Below are positions 27,230-30,482 of a stretch of 30,482 nt of DNA, one piece after another. Under the pieces are notes generated by a model. It worked only from the letters and a program-made list of their open reading frames with translations. It had not been told where the DNA came from and searched no databases. This stretch comes from Promethearchaeota archaeon. GTDB taxonomy: Archaea; Asgardarchaeota; Lokiarchaeia; Sigyniarchaeales; SOKP01. Position 1 is the stretch's first letter. Every line of letters begins with the position of its first letter. The DNA is taken from the NCBI GenBank assembly GCA_048938445.1, contig JBHLME010000049.1, positions 1 to 30,482 on the forward strand, read 5' to 3'. The position numbers and the translations under genes are program-made.

Positions 27230-28642
27230 ATGACCGCAAGTGGATATTCACCTAAAAAAAGGATTATTCTTTTTGGACCTCCAGGTGCAGGAAAAGGAAC
27301 TTTTACTGAAGTTCTTAAAAAATTCCTTCCAGATATTGTCCATATTTCAACAGGTGATATTTTTCGAGAAAATTTATCAAAAAAAACACCATTAGGTTTG
27401 AATGCTAAGGAATACATGGATAAGGGTATACTCGTACCTGATGCGATCGTTATTAGTATGGTCAAGGAGAGGTTAGAAAGAGATGATGTTCAAGACCATG
27501 GATACATCTTGGATGGATTTCCTAGGACCATCGAACAAGCAAGAGCTTTAACAGAAATTACACATGCAGATATATTCATTCACTTGTCGATTGACAAAGA
27601 AATAGTGATTAAAAGAATACTTGGTAGGTATTCATGTCCATATTGCGCTAAGATATATAATAAATTCTTTTTACCTCCTAAACATGAAGGAATCTGCGAT
27701 GAATGTGGTTCTGAGATAGAATTCAAACAAAGAAGCGATGATAAAGAAGAAACTATTATGAAAAGATTGGATGTTTTTGAAGAAAATGCAAGACCAATCA
27801 TAGAATATTATTCGAATATGGGAATAATGAAAGTCGTCGACGCAACAAGAACACTTGAATTAAATCGTGACGAGATAAAGGAATTAATAGAACTATTGAT
27901 CTTAAATATTTGCGTGCCAATAAAATTAACATCAAGTGATTTAAGTCAGAATGAAGAAATAATCACTAATGTAACAGCTTCTAATCCAGAATATATAGAA
28001 TTTAGACTCGACTATATTGATGACACATCGAAAATTACTCCGAAATTATTAGAATTTTTAATTAAATCAGTTCGAGTTAATGATATTAAGGTTATTTTTA
28101 CATTTAGAGACAAGTCTGAAGGAGGACAAAAATCAATTGATATTAATGAGCACCTAAGACTCATTACTATCATGGTAAATTCTCGACCTGATTATATTGA
28201 CATTGAAATGAGTGCCGATGATGAATTTATACGTGAATCTGTTAGCCTTGCCCTTCAAAATGGAATTAAAATTATTTTTTCTTACCATGATTTTGAAAAG
28301 ACTCCATCTTATGTAGAAGCAAGAAAAGTTATAGATGATTTTGAGAACCGATTAGTTAAAGAATTATCAATTGGTGCAATTACCATAAGAGATTTCCCCT
28401 ATAAATTAATATTTAAAGCTCAAAACTTTGAAGATAACCTCGTGCCCCTGAGACTATGTCAAGAAATGGCTGATGTAAGAAAAAGAATCATTAGTTTTTG
28501 CATGGGAGAGGCAGGAATTTTTTCAAGAGTGAGTTGTGTAAAATATGGTGCCCTTTTAACTTTTGCTTCATTAGTGGATCAAACAGCTCCCGGACAGATA
28601 AGTATTGATAAAATGAGAGAAGCTCATAGTATTTTGTATTGA
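27230..28642 (+). CDS. fusion of Zn-lid adenylate kinase and type I 3-dehydroquinate dehydratase
   Basis: Adk part: GPPGAGKGT, HISTGDIFR, LDGFPRT, CPYC..CDEC and RSDD. AroD part: ICVPI, IEFRLDY, TFR...EGG, DIE, SYHDF, CMGEAG..SR and APGQ. Confidence 0.88.
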   Translation: MTASGYSPKKRIILFGPPGAGKGTFTEVLKKFLPDIVHISTGDIFRENLSKKTPLGLNAKEYMDKGILVPDAIVISMVKERLERDDVQDHGYILDGFPRTIEQARALTEITHADIFIHLSIDKEIVIKRILGRYSCPYCAKIYNKFFLPPKHEGICDECGSEIEFKQRSDDKEETIMKRLDVFEENARPIIEYYSNMGIMKVVDATRTLELNRDEIKELIELLILNICVPIKLTSSDLSQNEEIITNVTASNPEYIEFRLDYIDDTSKITPKLLEFLIKSVRVNDIKVIFTFRDKSEGGQKSIDINEHLRLITIMVNSRPDYIDIEMSADDEFIRESVSLALQNGIKIIFSYHDFEKTPSYVEARKVIDDFENRLVKELSIGAITIRDFPYKLIFKAQNFEDNLVPLRLCQEMADVRKRIISFCMGEAGIFSRVSCVKYGALLTFASLVDQTAPGQISIDKMREAHSILY

Positions 28643-28861
28643 GAGTAAAATTACTCTTAACTTAATTTAAAGGATTTTATCTGTCTGAAACTACCCTTTA
28701 TTTTAATAATTTATTATTAAAGATCTTGCATCTTTATTTAGATATTTATTATATTGACCTTATTCAAAACCTTGTTTCTAAAAAAAATATAACCATAAGA
28801 TTTAAATAATCATTAAACTGAATAAAACAAAATTCTCTTTTAAATAAAAATTGGTGATAAA

Positions 28862-29413
28862 ATGCTTGAAAAATTTAGCGAGAATCACGTCAGACTTTTA
28901 AATATAATTATCGGAATTTTAGTATGTGTATTATCAATAGTTATTATAATTTTCTCCACGGCAGCCATCTTGGTTCTGTTATTTATAATAGCAAATATTT
29001 TATTGATTATTGGTATAGCAAGGATGTACAATGCATTAACAAACGAGAAAACACCGAAATCAGAAATAATATTTAAATTAATATCAGCATCTTTCGCAAT
29101 ATTTATAAGCTTATTAGCAGAAATTTTTATGATATTAAATCCAACTGAATCGATCTTAATATCTGTTATTATTTTCGGTATTGCTTTATTGATAATAGGA
29201 ATTGCAAGGATTGGTGTTGGACTCATAAATAAAGAATTAAATAATGGTTATAGGGGGCTTATAATAATTGTAGGAATTATAACTTTAATCTTGTCGATAA
29301 TATCAATAGCAATCCCAACATTAGGAGAACAAATTCTTATAATTATTATCGCAGTTCCACTATTGTTAAATGGTGTTGCGAAAATTGTTTTGGGAATTAT
29401 CAGTTCTAAATAA
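28862..29413 (+). CDS. HdeD/DUF308-like membrane protein
   Basis: Six hydrophobic segments with a repeated LLIIGIAR motif, plus a GGTGA RBS. Confidence 0.75.
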   Translation: MLEKFSENHVRLLNIIIGILVCVLSIVIIIFSTAAILVLLFIIANILLIIGIARMYNALTNEKTPKSEIIFKLISASFAIFISLLAEIFMILNPTESILISVIIFGIALLIIGIARIGVGLINKELNNGYRGLIIIVGIITLILSIISIAIPTLGEQILIIIIAVPLLLNGVAKIVLGIISSK

Positions 29414-29621
29414 TTTTTTTTATATTTTCTTCATATGAAAAATTTTTTAAATCAATCCATTAATAATGCATTGACATATAATGTAATATCGAAGGATATA
29501 TCTATGTAATATCCTCATATAGCTCTTACTTCATGAAACGAGCATTTCACGAAAATTCCATGCTAATCTTTTTAAATGCAAAAACTAAATTTTATTTATA
29601 AAATTATTTAGGTAGAAAAAA

Positions 29622-30371
29622 ATGCCATTAGAACCTATACATATTATTAATGGAATATTTAGCCTAGCAGTAATATGCTGTTTTACAATTGTGGGATTAA
29701 AAATAGCATTAATTTATAGAAAAAACAAGGACAAAGTATATCTTTTAGTTGGTTTAGCTTGGATGCTTCTCGCATCACCATGGTATGGTAGCGGAACATC
29801 ATTTATAGTGGCTTTATTTGATGGTACTCAACGTGGATTAATGGATTATGAACTGGTTTATTTTACGCTTGTCGTGCCATTAATCCCAATTGCATTAACT
29901 ATATTAGTCACTAGCATTACTGAAATAATGTTTAGGCCTTACCGATGGAAAATTCGATTAATCTTCCTCATCTTCGCAATCGTGATGGAAATATTATTCA
30001 TTGTATACATGATTTATTTTGATTCTTCCCTTATTATAATTGTAGAAACACCAGTAAATGCGACTTATTCCCGGGCAATCATGTATTACATCCTTATAAG
30101 CGCATTAATAGTATTACTTATAGGGATATTACTTGCTCGATCCTCAATACAATTAGGAACAGCTGAAGGAAAAATAAGAGGATATTTTCTTCTCATAGCG
30201 TTTGTATTATTTGTTTTAGGTGCCTTATTCGATTCTTTGTTAAAAGATTTAATTAAACAAATTAACATTCTTATATTATTACCTCGAAGTCTTTTAATAA
30301 TGAGTGCGTTTTGTTTTTATTTAGGATTTATCACGCCTAAGTTTATCAAGGAAAGGTTAAAAAAAGCATAG
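29622..30371 (+). CDS. seven-TM hypothetical membrane protein
   Basis: About 7 hydrophobic helices and a 'FYLGFITPKF' C-terminus. Confidence 0.75.
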   Translation: MPLEPIHIINGIFSLAVICCFTIVGLKIALIYRKNKDKVYLLVGLAWMLLASPWYGSGTSFIVALFDGTQRGLMDYELVYFTLVVPLIPIALTILVTSITEIMFRPYRWKIRLIFLIFAIVMEILFIVYMIYFDSSLIIIVETPVNATYSRAIMYYILISALIVLLIGILLARSSIQLGTAEGKIRGYFLLIAFVLFVLGALFDSLLKDLIKQINILILLPRSLLIMSAFCFYLGFITPKFIKERLKKA

Positions 30372-30482
30372 AGCATGTTTAATCAAAATATATCCACAAA
30401 TAATACTTTTTTTTTTATTAAATACTTATTAATGTAGGAAGTATCTTTATTCTTATAACAAAATAAATTGTGAAATCTCATG

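Noticed and set aside
6831-28642. Possible selenoprotein readthrough at TGA-terminated genes (rtcA, 10108-12696, secY, FAH, adk-aroD, leader ORF)
   Set aside because: The recognised proteins end at their expected family C-termini, and I could not identify a convincing SECIS downstream of any of these genes.
29471-29500. TTGACA as a bacterial -35 box
   Set aside because: Archaeal context, and no properly spaced -10 element.
1903-30268. Remaining short antisense or alternate-frame ORFs (e.g. 6573-6919, 10895-11368, 12270-12581, 14533-14976, 16312-17673, 18146-18442, 21039-22839, 23439-23795, 25430-26005, 27124-27801, 28885-29226, 30086-30268)
   Set aside because: Shadows of confidently identified genes.
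1-30482. CRISPR arrays, transposases, integrases, prophage
   Set aside because: No regularly spaced repeats or mobile-element proteins were seen, and no att-like duplications of the tRNA 3' ends were noticed.

Overview
AT-rich archaeal chromosomal segment, most consistent with an Asgard archaeon (Lokiarchaeia-like). This assignment is inferred from the tRNA-Sec/SepSecS pair, archaeal ribosomal proteins, DUF2341-LamG surface proteins, a probable longin-domain protein and a 7TM membrane protein. Housekeeping genes present: rpl34e, cmk, rpl14e, tRNA-Ser, rpl11-rpl1-rplP0-rpl12, secY, DUF106/EMC3, rtcA, leuA, thi4 and ndk. Main observations: (1) an unannotated 36-codon leader ORF ending in 12 Leu out of 15 codons, overlapping mutually exclusive RNA hairpins directly upstream of 2-isopropylmalate synthase, a candidate leucine-sensing ribosome-dependent attenuator in an archaeon; (2) a tRNA-Ile(UAU) gene apparently split by four BHB-type introns, including a 6-nt exon; (3) a multi-branched structured leader upstream of the rpl11 operon; (4) a fossil tandem duplication carrying a decayed cmk 3' end; (5) two unusual fusions, Adk-AroD and Nudix-NadM. 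All calls were made by eye, without database searches.
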